Source: Escherichia coli
GTDB taxonomy: Bacteria; Pseudomonadota; Gammaproteobacteria; Enterobacterales; Enterobacteriaceae
DNA: 64,000 nt
Assembly (NCBI RefSeq): GCF_003018255.1
Contig: NZ_CP027440.1
Reading direction: 5' to 3' (one strand)
In this document: in pieces, positions 45,897-57,675 of the stretch
Layout: the number at the start of each line of letters is the position of its first letter
How positions within the stretch are numbered: the stretch's first letter is position 1
Made by a program: the position numbers and the translations under genes
The notes under the pieces: model-generated
Seen by the model: the letters and a program-made list of their open reading frames with translations, nothing else
What the model was told of the DNA's origin: nothing
Databases searched by the model: none

Positions 45897-46529
45897 TTAG
45901 TTCACAAACAGTGCTTCGCTATCGACGATGATTCCATCTTCCGCACCTTTAAGCGCCAGGTTTGCCTCGTAGTATTGCTTTTTATCAAGCAGTTTCTGCG
46001 CATCAGCAAGTGCATTACGAGTCTGTTTGAGCGGCATCAGATATTGGTTTTCCATTACACCAACACCGGCCAGGCGAAGCTCTTCCATTGCGCCCTTTTT
46101 ATCCCCTTTCGCCATTTTTTCGTTGGCAATTTTTATCGCGGCTTCTTTTTCGGGTGTCGCTACATAACTCTCAGAAATTCCGACAGATGCATTAATGACA
46201 ATATATTGGTCATCATTGAGATTGGTCTTTTTACCTGGCTTAGCGAACTTTGCCCATTCGGTACTGTCATCTGACAACAAAGCTGAAGCTTCATTGGTCA
46301 GTTCTTTTGCCTTTTCCGGATCGCCATGAAACAGAGCCAGGCGCGCTACCTGCACGTCACGCATCGCATATAAACCTTGTTCAGAGATACGCTCTGCTGC
46401 TGCCGTTTTCTGGGTTTGCTGAACTTGCTGAGTTTGCTGTTGTGCCGCTACCGGTGCATTATCAGCAGCCCATACAGTTGAAGATGCCAGAATTGCTGTG
46501 ACCATCGTAGCCATAATTAAACGTTTCAT
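45897..46529 (-). CDS. yfdX: Periplasmic protein YfdX (EvgA-regulated)
   Basis: 210 aa ORF with signal peptide, recognised sequence. Confidence 0.9.
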   Translation of the reverse strand: MKRLIMATMVTAILASSTVWAADNAPVAAQQQTQQVQQTQKTAAAERISEQGLYAMRDVQVARLALFHGDPEKAKELTNEASALLSDDSTEWAKFAKPGKKTNLNDDQYIVINASVGISESYVATPEKEAAIKIANEKMAKGDKKGAMEELRLAGVGVMENQYLMPLKQTRNALADAQKLLDKKQYYEANLALKGAEDGIIVDSEALFVN

Positions 46530-46626
46530 ACTTACCTCATTCTTTAACAGTTTTAGAAAACGCCGCCATCATATTGGGTGAGCATGAAATGAGAAATCAG
46601 AGAGCAACGGTCATTTTGAAAGGGTT

Positions 46627-46644
46627 ATCTTACAGTTGTAGTTA
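46627..46644. promoter_or_regulatory. EvgA-box-like inverted repeat ATCTTACA-GT-TGTAGTTA upstream of yfdX
   Basis: Matches shared pattern; about 100 bp upstream of yfdX start. Confidence 0.45.
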
Positions 46645-46664
46645 TTATCGCAAGAAGTATTTTA

Positions 46665-46682
46665 GTCTTACAATTGTAGGAA
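46665..46682. promoter_or_regulatory. EvgA-box-like inverted repeat GTCTTACA-AT-TGTAGGAA upstream of yfdX
   Basis: Matches shared pattern; second site 38 bp from the first. Confidence 0.5.
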
Positions 46683-46824
46683 TATGCTTCCTGTCACAGA
46701 GAACTATTCTTATATACCACAAAGAGATGTCATTTATTATATCGATGTAAATACTGATTAATTAAATGTAAATACAGCCATAACATCGTAGGTTCTCAGT
46801 GAACCATTTTCAGGATAACTTTCT

Positions 46825-47100
46825 ATGAAAGTAAACTTAATGATTTTTAGCTTATTTTTATTGGTCTCTATTATGGCATGCAATGTTTTTGCATTTTCCA
46901 TTTCTGGTGGTAGAAGTGAGACGAGCTATAAAGAGACAGAAAAAACGTCAGTGATGACGACAACTCATTCTACAAAACTTCAGCCATCACAGGCGATTTT
47001 GTTTAAGTTGAGAGAAGATGCGCCACCATTAAATCTCACAGAAGACATTACGCCCCCTTTTTCGACAAAGGCGAATTATCTTATTCATCCTGTGCGATAG
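46825..47100 (+). CDS. ypdI: Small lipoprotein YpdI
   Basis: 91 aa ORF with signal peptide and Cys lipobox-like motif (IMAC). Confidence 0.8.
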   Translation: MKVNLMIFSLFLLVSIMACNVFAFSISGGRSETSYKETEKTSVMTTTHSTKLQPSQAILFKLREDAPPLNLTEDITPPFSTKANYLIHPVR

Positions 47101-47176
47101 CGTCTGTCACCTGGCAGGTGAACAATCATGCCTGATGCTGATGTGAACACCTGCCCAAATGAACCATCCTGACCCA

Positions 47177-47419
47177 CTAGCGCCTGCCATACCCCACCAT
47201 AAAGCGAATCATCAAGCCACAAGCCGGGGCAAGAAACATAAATATCCCCGTCACTAGTTCATTACCGCCAGTTAACCACATGGTGAAGTAGTAAATGAGT
47301 GCAGCGAGGATCACCATGCCGAAGAAAGAAGAGACCGCCGAGACCACGTTCAGTACCTGACCGATGTATCCGCTTACGCAGACAATACACAGGGCGAGAA
47401 ACATCCATAAATAAATCAT
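47177..47419 (-). CDS. yfdY: Small inner membrane protein YfdY
   Basis: 80 aa ORF, two predicted TM helices. Confidence 0.8.
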   Translation of the reverse strand: MIYLWMFLALCIVCVSGYIGQVLNVVSAVSSFFGMVILAALIYYFTMWLTGGNELVTGIFMFLAPACGLMIRFMVGYGRR

Positions 47420-47771
47420 AGCTCAACCTCCTGCCGCGCTAAAAAACCTGTAACTTCAGTCACTTTAATAGTAAGACAATCCTTAACCTCTGGCAATTTT
47501 TGCTAAGCATCAATGAAAACAGCACGTTAAATGCAACGCTATTGCGTGCGGAAAATTTTTTACTTTGCACGATTAATAATCAGTAGCTGAAAGCAGTCAG
47601 CCAGTGATAAAGTAGAGCCACCGCATTCATGCTCCTCGTGGTTATGTCCTGACTAGTCTTTACACTCTTTACAGGAACCATTGTCGTACATGATGGCCCA
47701 ACCAATTGAGTGTACCGCTGTCGACATGGAATCTTCTGCGATACAACAATTCGTATCTACAGAAGGTAACT

Positions 47772-48692
47772 ATGTTTCCACAATGCAAATTTTCCCGCGA
47801 GTTTCTACATCCTCGCTACTGGCTCACATGGTTTGGGCTTGGTGTACTCTGGCTTTGGGTACAGCTTCCTTATCCTGTTCTCTGCTTTCTCGGCACGCGT
47901 ATTGGCGCAATGGCGCGACCATTCCTGAAACGGCGTGAATCTATCGCCCGTAAAAACCTGGAACTTTGTTTCCCACAGCATTCTGCGGAAGAACGCGAGA
48001 AGATGATTGCCGAAAACTTTCGTTCACTCGGCATGGCGCTGGTAGAAACCGGCATGGCGTGGTTCTGGCCCGACAGTCGCGTACGTAAATGGTTTGATGT
48101 TGAAGGGTTGGATAACCTTAAACGCGCACAAATGCAAAATCGCGGCGTAATGGTTGTCGGCGTCCATTTTATGTCGCTGGAACTGGGCGGCCGCGTGATG
48201 GGACTGTGCCAACCAATGATGGCTACCTATCGTCCACATAATAATCAGCTGATGGAATGGGTGCAGACCCGTGGGCGCATGCGCTCTAACAAAGCGATGA
48301 TCGGCAGAAATAATCTGCGCGGCATTGTCGGTGCACTGAAGAAAGGTGAAGCGGTATGGTTTGCTCCCGATCAGGATTATGGTCGTAAAGGCAGCTCCTT
48401 CGCGCCGTTCTTTGCGGTGGAAAATGTCGCCACAACCAATGGTACGTATGTCCTTTCACGTCTCTCTGGCGCAGCCATGTTAACCGTAACGATGGTAAGA
48501 AAAGCAGATTACAGCGGATATCGTTTGTACATCACCCCAGAGATGGAAGGCTACCCGGCAGATGAAAATCAAGCCGCTGCCTATATGAACAAGATTATCG
48601 AAAAAGAGATCATGCGCGCACCGGAGCAGTACCTCTGGATCCACCGTCGCTTTAAAACGCGCCCGGTGGGAGAATCGTCGCTATACATTTAA
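47772..48692 (+). CDS. lpxP: Lipid A palmitoleoyltransferase (cold-induced Kdo2-lipid IVA acyltransferase)
   Basis: ORF 47706-48692; start placed at MFPQCKFSREF giving 306 aa; LpxL/LpxM family. Confidence 0.9.
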   Translation: MFPQCKFSREFLHPRYWLTWFGLGVLWLWVQLPYPVLCFLGTRIGAMARPFLKRRESIARKNLELCFPQHSAEEREKMIAENFRSLGMALVETGMAWFWPDSRVRKWFDVEGLDNLKRAQMQNRGVMVVGVHFMSLELGGRVMGLCQPMMATYRPHNNQLMEWVQTRGRMRSNKAMIGRNNLRGIVGALKKGEAVWFAPDQDYGRKGSSFAPFFAVENVATTNGTYVLSRLSGAAMLTVTMVRKADYSGYRLYITPEMEGYPADENQAAAYMNKIIEKEIMRAPEQYLWIHRRFKTRPVGESSLYI

Positions 48693-49046
48693 CAAACTGC
48701 TCTTACTCTTTCCCTCCTCAAATCAGCCATAATAACCTCATGGTTTTTATGGCTTTTTTCTTAAGGTTTTTTCCTTCGCTGAATCTCTAATTATTACCGT
48801 CAGAAATTAAACTGTCGCCGATATGAGACACCTGTAAGTTACTAAAAGTAAATAAGAAAATGCCTCTTGTCTCGTTTCAGTTTTAGGCGTACATTAGCGC
48901 CGTCTGGAGCAGTTTAGCTCAGAATTCTGGGGTGATGCCCACGGTAAAATACAGGACTTTTAAGGTCGTTTTGCCCGGTGTCAACTCACTGTATCAGGTG
49001 TAATGAAGTCATTCAGGCGTAACAGTAATTACGCGGAGAGATGTAA

Positions 49047-49118
49047 AGTGAAATATTTCTTTATGGGCATTTCTTTTATGGTCATCGTTTGGGCCGGTAC
49101 TTTTGCCCTGATGATCTA
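49047..49118 (+). CDS. ypdK: Small membrane protein YpdK (23 aa)
   Basis: GTG-initiated 24-codon frame encoding (M)KYFFMGISFMVIVWAGTFALMI; too short for the ORF track; matches recalled small protein between lpxP and alaC. Confidence 0.5.
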
Positions 49119-49183
49119 AAAGCAAACTGTGCAATGAAAAACAGGAGCCATCTGGCTCCTGTTTGCATTTCTGGCGATGGTGT

Positions 49184-50422
49184 TTATTCCGCGTTTTCGT
49201 GAATATGTTTGCTGCTGGCGGGTAGTAAACCGTCGGCACGGAACATCGCTTTAATTCCACGAATCGCCTGACGAATACGGTCGCGGTTTTCAATCAGTGC
49301 AAAGCGAACATGCGTGTCGCCGTAGTCGCCAAAGCCAATCCCCGGCGAGACACAGACCTTCGCTTCGTTCAGCAGCTTCTTGGCAAATTCCAGCGAGCCC
49401 ATGGCAGCATACGGTTCCGGGATTTTCGCCCAGACATACATCGAAGCCTTCGGCATTTCGACCATCCAGCCCGCTTCATGCAGCCCTTTTACCAGTACAT
49501 CACGGCGGCGTTTGTACTGTTCAGCAATGTCGCGCACGCACTGTTGATCGCCCTCCAGCGCCGCAATCGCTGCCACCTGCAACGGCGTAAAGGTGCCGTA
49601 ATCGTGATAGCTTTTAATACGTGCCAGCGCGCTGACCAGCGTTTTGTTGCCAACCATAAAGCCGATACGCCAGCCCGCCATGTTGTAGCTTTTCGACAGC
49701 GTAAAGAACTCGACCGCCACATCGCGTGCACCTGGCACCTGCATGATTGACGGCGCTTTCCAGCCATCGTAGACGATATCGGCATAGGCCAGGTCATGGA
49801 CCACCAGCACATCGTAGCGTTTCGCCAGCGCCACAACCTTTTCGAAGAACTCCAGCTCCACGCATTGCGCGGTTGGATTCGACGGGAAGCCGAGGATCAT
49901 CATCTTCGGTTTCGGATAACTTTCGCGAATGGCGCGTTCCAGTTCGTTGAAGAAATCGACACCTTCCACCAGCGGCACTGAGCGTACCTGCGCCCCGGCA
50001 ATCACCGCGCCGTAAATATGAATCGGGTAGCTTGGATTAGGCACCAGTACAGTGTCACCATGATCCAGCGTCGCCAGCATCAGATGCGCCAGTCCCTCTT
50101 TCGAACCAATAGTGACGATGGCTTCTGATTCCGGGTCGATCTCAATGCCGTAGCGATCCTGATACCAGCGGGAAATGGCGCGACGTAACCGCGGAATGCC
50201 GCGTGACGTGGAGTAACCATGCGTGTCCGGGCGCTGGGCCACCGTACATAATTTTTCGACGATATGCGGCGGAGTCGCACCGTCCGGGTTACCCATACTG
50301 AAATCAATAATATCTTCGCCGCGCCGACGCGCAGCCATTTTCAGTTCAGCGGTAATGTTAAAAACATAGGGCGGGAGACGATCAATGCGCGTAAAGCGAC
50401 GTTCAGGGCGAGTGTCAGCCAT
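49184..50422 (-). CDS. alaC: Glutamate-pyruvate aminotransferase AlaC (YfdZ)
   Basis: 412 aa ORF, class I aminotransferase with PLP-lysine region. Confidence 0.93.
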   Translation of the reverse strand: MADTRPERRFTRIDRLPPYVFNITAELKMAARRRGEDIIDFSMGNPDGATPPHIVEKLCTVAQRPDTHGYSTSRGIPRLRRAISRWYQDRYGIEIDPESEAIVTIGSKEGLAHLMLATLDHGDTVLVPNPSYPIHIYGAVIAGAQVRSVPLVEGVDFFNELERAIRESYPKPKMMILGFPSNPTAQCVELEFFEKVVALAKRYDVLVVHDLAYADIVYDGWKAPSIMQVPGARDVAVEFFTLSKSYNMAGWRIGFMVGNKTLVSALARIKSYHDYGTFTPLQVAAIAALEGDQQCVRDIAEQYKRRRDVLVKGLHEAGWMVEMPKASMYVWAKIPEPYAAMGSLEFAKKLLNEAKVCVSPGIGFGDYGDTHVRFALIENRDRIRQAIRGIKAMFRADGLLPASSKHIHENAE

Positions 50423-50798
50423 AATTTCCTCAGATTAACGTTAGCGCCCGGACCGTCCGAGCGACGCTGCCACGATGGTGGCTGTTTTGAAAATAGCCTG
50501 ATTAATTTCTGTCTGTCCAGCGTTTTAGAACATTTTTATTAATGACGTTAAATGAGGAACTCTGCTTTAAAAACAGGAAATTTATCTGCGCTAACAAGAA
50601 AATTACCACCCATTTTATTAACATAATAATTTCAATAAATTTACTAACCAGAAGTGCATTATCAAGAGATGCATTGCTAATACACCATTTATCTATCAAT
50701 CCCCTTTTAAAATTGTGGTTTTTCCTCAAAAACGGCCTGCTGGTCATCAGCCTTCAGGTTACCTATCATAGAGGTTTAATCCTTATTCAGAGTCACCC

Positions 50799-52496
50799 GT
50801 GCACGAAATATTCAACATGCTGCTGGCGGTCTTCGATCGGGCAGCGTTAATGCTTATCTGCCTGTTCTTTCTCATCCGTATCCGTCTGTTTCGCGAACTG
50901 TTGCACAAGTCGGCGCACTCCCCAAAAGAGTTGCTCGCCGTTACCGCCATTTTCTCGCTGTTCGCCCTGTTCAGCACCTGGTCCGGCGTTCCTGTAGAAG
51001 GTTCGCTGGTGAACGTACGTATTATCGCGGTGATGTCAGGCGGGATTCTGTTTGGCCCGTGGGTGGGCATCATTACCGGCGTGATTGCGGGTATTCACCG
51101 TTATTTAATTGATATCGGTGGCGTGACGGCGATCCCCTGCTTTATCACCAGCATTCTGGCGGGTTGTATATCGGGCTGGATCAACCTGAAAATCCCCAAA
51201 GCACAGCGCTGGCGCGTCGGTATTCTCGGCGGCATGTTGTGTGAAACGTTGACCATGATTCTGGTGATTGTCTGGGCACCAACTACCGCATTGGGGATCG
51301 ATATCGTCTCTAAAATCGGGATTCCAATGATCCTCGGCAGCGTCTGTATCGGCTTTATTGTGTTGCTGGTACAAAGTGTTGAGGGCGAAAAAGAGGCCAG
51401 CGCCGCGCGGCAGGCCAAGCTGGCGCTGGATATCGCCAACAAAACGCTGCCGCTGTTTCGCCATGTCAATAGCGAGTCATTACGCAAGGTCTGCGAAATT
51501 ATCCGCGATGACATTCACGCTGACGCGGTGGCAATCACCAATACCGATCATGTGCTGGCCTACGTTGGCGTGGGTGAACATAACTATCAGAATGGCGATG
51601 ACTTCATTAGCCCGACTACCCGCCAGGCGATGAATTATGGAAAAATCATCATTAAAAACAATGATGAAGCCCACCGCACACCAGAGATTCATTCCATGCT
51701 GGTGATCCCATTGTGGGAGAAAGGCGTTGTGACCGGAACGCTGAAAATTTACTACTGCCACGCGCATCAGATAACCTCGTCATTACAGGAAATGGCGGTC
51801 GGTCTGTCACAAATCATCTCCACGCAACTGGAAGTTTCGCGCGCTGAGCAGCTGCGTGAAATGGCAAATAAGGCAGAGCTTCGCGCCCTGCAAAGCAAAA
51901 TTAATCCCCATTTCCTGTTTAACGCTTTGAACGCTATTTCATCGTCAATCCGTCTGAATCCGGATACCGCTCGCCAGCTGATCTTTAATCTGTCGCGTTA
52001 TCTGCGCTATAACATTGAATTAAAAGACGATGAGCAAATCGATATCAAAAAAGAGCTGTATCAAATTAAAGACTATATTGCCATTGAGCAGGCCCGCTTT
52101 GGCGACAAGCTGACGGTTATCTATGATATTGATGAAGAGGTGAATTGCTGCATTCCCAGCCTGCTGATCCAGCCGTTGGTGGAAAACGCCATTGTCCACG
52201 GTATCCAGCCTTGCAAAGGTAAAGGCGTTGTCACCATCAGCGTTGCAGAGTGCGGTAATCGGGTACGCATTGCGGTGCGGGATACCGGGCACGGCATCGA
52301 TCCAAAGGTGATTGAGCGGGTCGAAGCGAACGAAATGCCGGGCAATAAAATTGGCCTGCTGAATGTCCATCATCGCGTGAAGTTATTGTATGGCGAGGGG
52401 CTGCATATCCGCCGCCTGGAACCAGGAACGGAAATTGCGTTTTACATTCCTAACCAACGCACCCCTGTCGCCTCACAGGCTACGTTATTGCTTTGA
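50799..52496 (+). CDS. ypdA: LytS-type sensor histidine kinase YpdA (pyruvate-responsive)
   Basis: 565 aa ORF with 5TM-LYT N-terminus, GAF and His-kinase domains. Confidence 0.93.
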
Positions 52497-52510
52497 GCCG
52501 GAGTGATATT

Positions 52511-53245
52511 GTGAAAGTCATCATTGTTGAAGACGAATTCCTGGCACAACAGGAACTGAGCTGGCTAATTAAAGAGCACAGCCAGATGGAGATTGTCGGC
52601 ACCTTTGACGACGGTCTGGACGTGTTGAAGTTTTTGCAGCATAACCGCGTCGACGCCATTTTTCTGGATATCAATATTCCGTCGCTGGATGGTGTGTTAC
52701 TGGCACAAAACATCAGCCAGTTCGCCCATAAACCGTTTATTGTGTTTATCACCGCGTGGAAAGAACATGCGGTAGAAGCGTTTGAACTGGAGGCGTTTGA
52801 CTACATTCTCAAACCGTATCAGGAGTCACGCATTACCGGGATGCTGCAAAAACTGGAAGCAGCCTGGCAGCAACAGCAGACCAGCAGTACGCCTGCCGCG
52901 ACGGTAACGCGTGAGAATGACACCATTAATCTGGTGAAAGATGAGCGAATCATCGTCACGCCAATTAACGATATCTATTACGCCGAAGCGCACGAGAAAA
53001 TGACCTTTGTCTATACGCGGCGTGAATCCTACGTAATGCCGATGAACATTACCGAATTTTGCAGCAAACTGCCGCCATCGCATTTTTTCCGCTGCCATCG
53101 CTCATTTTGTGTCAATCTGAACAAAATCCGCGAGATCGAACCGTGGTTTAATAACACCTATATTCTGCGGCTGAAAGATCTGGATTTTGAAGTGCCGGTC
53201 AGCCGCAGCAAAGTTAAAGAATTCCGCCAGTTAATGCATCTTTAA
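52511..53245 (+). CDS. ypdB: LytTR-family response regulator YpdB
   Basis: ORF 52493-53245; start placed at GTG 52511 giving 244 aa (M)KVIIVEDEFLAQ... Confidence 0.92.
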   Translation: MKVIIVEDEFLAQQELSWLIKEHSQMEIVGTFDDGLDVLKFLQHNRVDAIFLDINIPSLDGVLLAQNISQFAHKPFIVFITAWKEHAVEAFELEAFDYILKPYQESRITGMLQKLEAAWQQQQTSSTPAATVTRENDTINLVKDERIIVTPINDIYYAEAHEKMTFVYTRRESYVMPMNITEFCSKLPPSHFFRCHRSFCVNLNKIREIEPWFNNTYILRLKDLDFEVPVSRSKVKEFRQLMHL

Positions 53246-53257
53246 TCGGGAACTTTC

Positions 53258-54115
53258 ATGAAAGCACCAGGCTTGCCCGCCGATCAACAATTTTTCGCCG
53301 ATCTGTTCAGCGGCCTGGTGCTTAACCCGCAACTACTGGGGCGCGTCTGGTTTGCCAGCCAGCCTGCCTCGTTACCGGTGGGCAGTTTATGTATTGATTT
53401 TCCCCGTCTGGATATCGTGCTGCGCGGCGAATACGGCAATCTGCTGGAAGCAAAGCAGCAACGTATGGTTGAAGGAGAAATGCTGTTTATTCCGGCGCGC
53501 GCGGCTAATTTACCGATCAACAACAAACCGGTGATGCTGTTAAGCCTGGTGTTCGCACCGACCTGGCTTGGGTTATCGTTTTACGATAGCCGCACCACGT
53601 CGTTGTTGCATCCGGTTCGCCAGATCCAACTTCCCAGCCTGCAACGCGGCGAAGGTGAAGCAATGCTTACTGCCCTCACCCATCTTAGCCGTTCGCCGCT
53701 GGAGCAGAATATCATTCAGCCGCTGGTGTTAAGTTTGCTGCATCTTTGCCGTAACGTGGTGAATATGCCGCCGGGCAATTCGCAGCCGCGCGGCGATTTT
53801 CTCTATCACAGCATTTGTAACTGGGTTCAGGATAATTATGCCCAGCCGCTCACCCGTGAGAGCGTGGCGCAGTTTTTTAATATCACGCCAAATCATCTGT
53901 CAAAACTGTTTGCTCAGCATGGAACAATGCGTTTTATCGAGTATGTTCGCTGGGTACGAATGGCAAAAGCGAGGATGATTTTGCAAAAATATCATCTGTC
54001 GATTCATGAAGTGGCGCAGCGTTGCGGGTTTCCGGATAGCGACTATTTTTGTCGCGTTTTCCGGCGTCAGTTTGGTCTGACGCCGGGAGAGTACAGCGCC
54101 CGTTTTCAGGGCTAA
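53258..54115 (+). CDS. ypdC: AraC-family transcriptional regulator YpdC
   Basis: 285 aa ORF with C-terminal AraC-type HTH. Confidence 0.9.
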   Translation: MKAPGLPADQQFFADLFSGLVLNPQLLGRVWFASQPASLPVGSLCIDFPRLDIVLRGEYGNLLEAKQQRMVEGEMLFIPARAANLPINNKPVMLLSLVFAPTWLGLSFYDSRTTSLLHPVRQIQLPSLQRGEGEAMLTALTHLSRSPLEQNIIQPLVLSLLHLCRNVVNMPPGNSQPRGDFLYHSICNWVQDNYAQPLTRESVAQFFNITPNHLSKLFAQHGTMRFIEYVRWVRMAKARMILQKYHLSIHEVAQRCGFPDSDYFCRVFRRQFGLTPGEYSARFQG

Positions 54116-54117
54116 CG

Positions 54118-56613
54118 TCAGAAGGTTAATTCTGTTTCCAGCAGCGTCAGGATGCTTTGTGCATCTTGCGCGGCAAACAACGACTGGCGGAAGTTTTTAT
54201 TCACCAGTTTACGCGCCAGCTGCGAGAAGACTTTCACATGATTCATCCCTTCGTTAGCGCCCAGTGTCAGCATGATCACCAGTTCGACTTCGCCCATTTC
54301 TGACTGCCAGTCAACCGGTTTCACCAGTCGGGCAATGCTGATACTGGAATGACGGATCCACTGAGATTTGGTGTGCGGGATCGCTACGCCAAAACCAACG
54401 CCGGTGGTAACAATCTCTTCCCGCTGCCAGACATCCTCTTCCAGCTCGAACGGATGTTCAGTGCGCCCGTTAACGCCGAGGTTACCGCACAGGAACTGGA
54501 TCGCCTGCTCTTTATTGCTAAAAGCCTGATCAACAAAGATATTCTCCAGCGCCAGCAGAGGGCGAACGTCTTCTTCCGGCGTAAACGCGGTGAGTAACGC
54601 TTCAATCTCCTGCGCGCTGCGGCATTCACATGCCTGACGCGCCAGTTCCCGACACGCCTCGCTATCCAGTTGACGAAGCTGGCTTTTCACCGCCGGAATG
54701 CGCGGGCTACTCATACTCAGCTCGTCCAGGCCCAGCCCAAGCAGTAGCGGCAGATAACGGCTTTCACCGCCCAGTTCACCGCAAATACCTACCCATTTAC
54801 CCCGCTGATGCGCAGTGGTAACAATCTGCTGCAACATGCGCAGGAACGATGGCGTAATCGGGTTATACAGCGGCGATACGCGCGGGTTATTACGATCGAC
54901 CGCATACAGATACTGGGTCATATCGTTGGAGCCGATACTGAAGAAATCGACCTCATCGCAGAAGTGATCGATGATGTAGCACACCGACGGCACTTCCACC
55001 ATGATACCCAGCGTAATCGTCTCTGCATGACGCAGGCCATCGCGCTTAAGCTCAACGATCGCTTTTTGGATCTCGCCCTTCACCCATAAGATCTGATCGA
55101 GGCTGTGAACCATTGGGATCATCAACTGGGCGTTGCCGAAACTGGCGGCGCGCAAAATGGCCCGCAGTTGAGTGCGGAACAGGCCAGCAAATTCCGGGTA
55201 AATTCGTACCGCACGATAGCCGAGGAACGGGTTCTCTTCCTGGGGAATGTTGAGGTAAGGAATGCTTTTATCGCCGCCGATGTCCATTGTGCGGAAGATA
55301 ATCGGCTTGTCGCCCGCGGCCAGTAGCACCTGCTGGTAGGCTTCAAATTGCTCCTGCTCGTCCGGCGCACTGTCGCGATCCATATAGAGCATTTCGGTAC
55401 GAAACAGCCCGACGCCTTCCGCGCCGTTGGCAAACGCGCCAGGCGCTTCCAGCGCGGTGCCAATATTCGCCGCGATATCAATGCGCTTGTTATCACGGGA
55501 ATAGGCCAGCTGCGCGGCGGCCTGCGCCTGCTGCTGCTGACGTTTATCCGCCAGCATCTGCGCAACCTGATAATAACCGCTCACCGCGTCATTCGGGTTA
55601 ATCGCCAACACGCCGCACTGGGCGTCAAGCACCGCCGGTTGCCCGGCATAGCGCGCAATGGCATCCAGCGGCAGGCCGCTCAGTACCGGGATCGCCGAGG
55701 CGCGGGCCAGAATCAGGGTATGCGAGGTGCGCCCGGTTTTCTCCAGAATCATGCCCGCAAGATTTTTTAAATTGAGGCTCAAAAACTGGCTAGGGGTTAA
55801 ATCCTCTGCCACCAGAATGGTCGGTTTTTCCAGCACCAGATTGTTGCGCGGTTTTAGTTCCGGCCAGGTGATATGCAGTAACTGTTCGCTGATATCGCGA
55901 ATGTCGCTAACCCGCTCGCGCAGATAATCACTGGCAGAAGCAGAAAGTTTGGCGCAAACCTGCTCCATATTGCTGATGATCGCCGCCCCCAGCCCCTGAT
56001 GCTGTTCTGCCATCAGGTGACGGATATTGCCTGCAAATTCATCATCCTGAATCAGCGACAAATGGGCGCTGAGGATAGTTTTGCTTTCGCCGTCACGCTC
56101 ACGCAATTGCTGGTTCAGTTGCTCGGCAAGCGTTGCCAGGCTGTGCTCCAGCCGGGTGGAATCTTGCGCACTGGCGGGGATCGCCCGGTAACTGTCGAGG
56201 CTGTCGCTCTGTAACAGGGTCAGCGTACCCACGCCGACGCCGCTTGCCAGCACATTGCCGTACAGTAAATCAGGATTCAGACGGCTTAATGAACGCGGCA
56301 GCGGATGCGCCGTCAGTTCTGCCTGCGTTGGCTGGACGCTGTCGCTGTCGATAAAGCGCACCTGGATGTACTCTTCCAGCACGCGCCGCGCCTGCTCTTC
56401 ATCGCTGCCGCTAATGTTCAGGCTGCAACCGTCATTAAATAGGGTGCCGGTGCCAATCAGCGCCAGCGAGCTTTTGGCATCTGCCTTTGCGTTCTGGCGA
56501 TGGTTAATAAAAGTGATTTCGCTTTGCCACTGGCTGCACTGTTCTTTAAGTTCCCACGCCGGACGAGCATGCAGACCGTTTGGCAAAGGACAGAGAAATT
56601 GAATCGTTAACAT
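54118..56613 (-). CDS. fryA: PTS multiphosphoryl transfer protein FryA (EIIA-HPr-EI fusion)
   Basis: 831 aa ORF, recognised domains. Confidence 0.93.
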   Translation of the reverse strand: MLTIQFLCPLPNGLHARPAWELKEQCSQWQSEITFINHRQNAKADAKSSLALIGTGTLFNDGCSLNISGSDEEQARRVLEEYIQVRFIDSDSVQPTQAELTAHPLPRSLSRLNPDLLYGNVLASGVGVGTLTLLQSDSLDSYRAIPASAQDSTRLEHSLATLAEQLNQQLRERDGESKTILSAHLSLIQDDEFAGNIRHLMAEQHQGLGAAIISNMEQVCAKLSASASDYLRERVSDIRDISEQLLHITWPELKPRNNLVLEKPTILVAEDLTPSQFLSLNLKNLAGMILEKTGRTSHTLILARASAIPVLSGLPLDAIARYAGQPAVLDAQCGVLAINPNDAVSGYYQVAQMLADKRQQQQAQAAAQLAYSRDNKRIDIAANIGTALEAPGAFANGAEGVGLFRTEMLYMDRDSAPDEQEQFEAYQQVLLAAGDKPIIFRTMDIGGDKSIPYLNIPQEENPFLGYRAVRIYPEFAGLFRTQLRAILRAASFGNAQLMIPMVHSLDQILWVKGEIQKAIVELKRDGLRHAETITLGIMVEVPSVCYIIDHFCDEVDFFSIGSNDMTQYLYAVDRNNPRVSPLYNPITPSFLRMLQQIVTTAHQRGKWVGICGELGGESRYLPLLLGLGLDELSMSSPRIPAVKSQLRQLDSEACRELARQACECRSAQEIEALLTAFTPEEDVRPLLALENIFVDQAFSNKEQAIQFLCGNLGVNGRTEHPFELEEDVWQREEIVTTGVGFGVAIPHTKSQWIRHSSISIARLVKPVDWQSEMGEVELVIMLTLGANEGMNHVKVFSQLARKLVNKNFRQSLFAAQDAQSILTLLETELTF

Positions 56614-56637
56614 AACCGCTCCGGGTTAATCAGGAGA

Positions 56638-57675
56638 TCATCTGAAATCCGTCAGTTGAACAACCGTCTCACGCGTAAGACGTTGAATAAGGGCAGATAA
56701 AAGCTGCTGCATCTGCAAAATGTCACGGCAATCGGCAATCGATGCGGCGCAATGTCCGTGGCGGGTGGCAGGCCCCATCACCACTGTGGGTACGCCAGTG
56801 CCGGTTAAGTGCACCGCCCCACCGTCCGTGCCACCGTTGCTGAACATATCCGCCTGCAACGGCACGCCAATTTCTGCCGCCACGGTTTCAATCCACGCGG
56901 TAAGTTTTGGCGGCGCAATCAGCGATTTATCGCTTAACACCAGCATCGGCCCGTTACCAATCTGACGATGGTTAGCCGCGCCATAATCAAAGTTTTTCGC
57001 CCAGCAGGCGGTATCAAGCACAATGGCGACGTCCGGCGACACCGCGCGGGTGGCAGTTTGCCCGCCGCGTAATCCCACCTCTTCGCTGGAACTTGCCACC
57101 AGCCACACCTCCGCAGGCAGTTCGGCGTCGTGCAGCTCACGTAGTAACGTCACCAGCAGATAGCAACCGAGGCGATCATCAAAGGCTTTCCCCATCACCC
57201 GCTGGTGAGGGAGAACCTGAAAAGTTGTATCAAAGGTGACGCGATCGCCTGGACGAATTCCCGCCTGCATCACTTCGTCATACGAGCGCGCACCAATGTC
57301 CACGCGTATGGTGCTGACGTCATTCCCCTGCCGGTCGCCGTCAAGCAGGCCTGGAATTTTGCACTCTTCACGGGTAGTGATACGCACCGACTGAAGCTGG
57401 CGGGCAGCCATGCGTACATTGCCAACCGGCAACACATCGATCGCCCCTTCGCGGGAGATGCTGCGCACCATAAATCCCACTTCGTCCATATGCGCACAGA
57501 TCATCACCTTCGGACCTGTCGACTCATTGAGTCGGATCAGCACCGATCCCAGCCCATCAAATCGCACTTCTTTTTGCAGGCGATCCGCTTCTTCCAGCAG
57601 GATCTGCCGTACTTCCTGTTCCGAGGAGGCGATCGCATCTGCCTCGCTCAACGCTTTTAATAACGATAAATCCAT
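56638..57675 (-). CDS. ypdE: M42-family aminopeptidase YpdE
   Basis: 345 aa ORF. Confidence 0.9.
   Translation of the reverse strand: MDLSLLKALSEADAIASSEQEVRQILLEEADRLQKEVRFDGLGSVLIRLNESTGPKVMICAHMDEVGFMVRSISREGAIDVLPVGNVRMAARQLQSVRITTREECKIPGLLDGDRQGNDVSTIRVDIGARSYDEVMQAGIRPGDRVTFDTTFQVLPHQRVMGKAFDDRLGCYLLVTLLRELHDAELPAEVWLVASSSEEVGLRGGQTATRAVSPDVAIVLDTACWAKNFDYGAANHRQIGNGPMLVLSDKSLIAPPKLTAWIETVAAEIGVPLQADMFSNGGTDGGAVHLTGTGVPTVVMGPATRHGHCAASIADCRDILQMQQLLSALIQRLTRETVVQLTDFR

Noticed and set aside
45723-46274. 183-aa plus-strand ORF spanning the yfdX terminator and the yfdX coding region
   Set aside because: Overlaps yfdX antisense and crosses a strong hairpin terminator; Phe/Cys/Ile-rich composition looks non-protein-like
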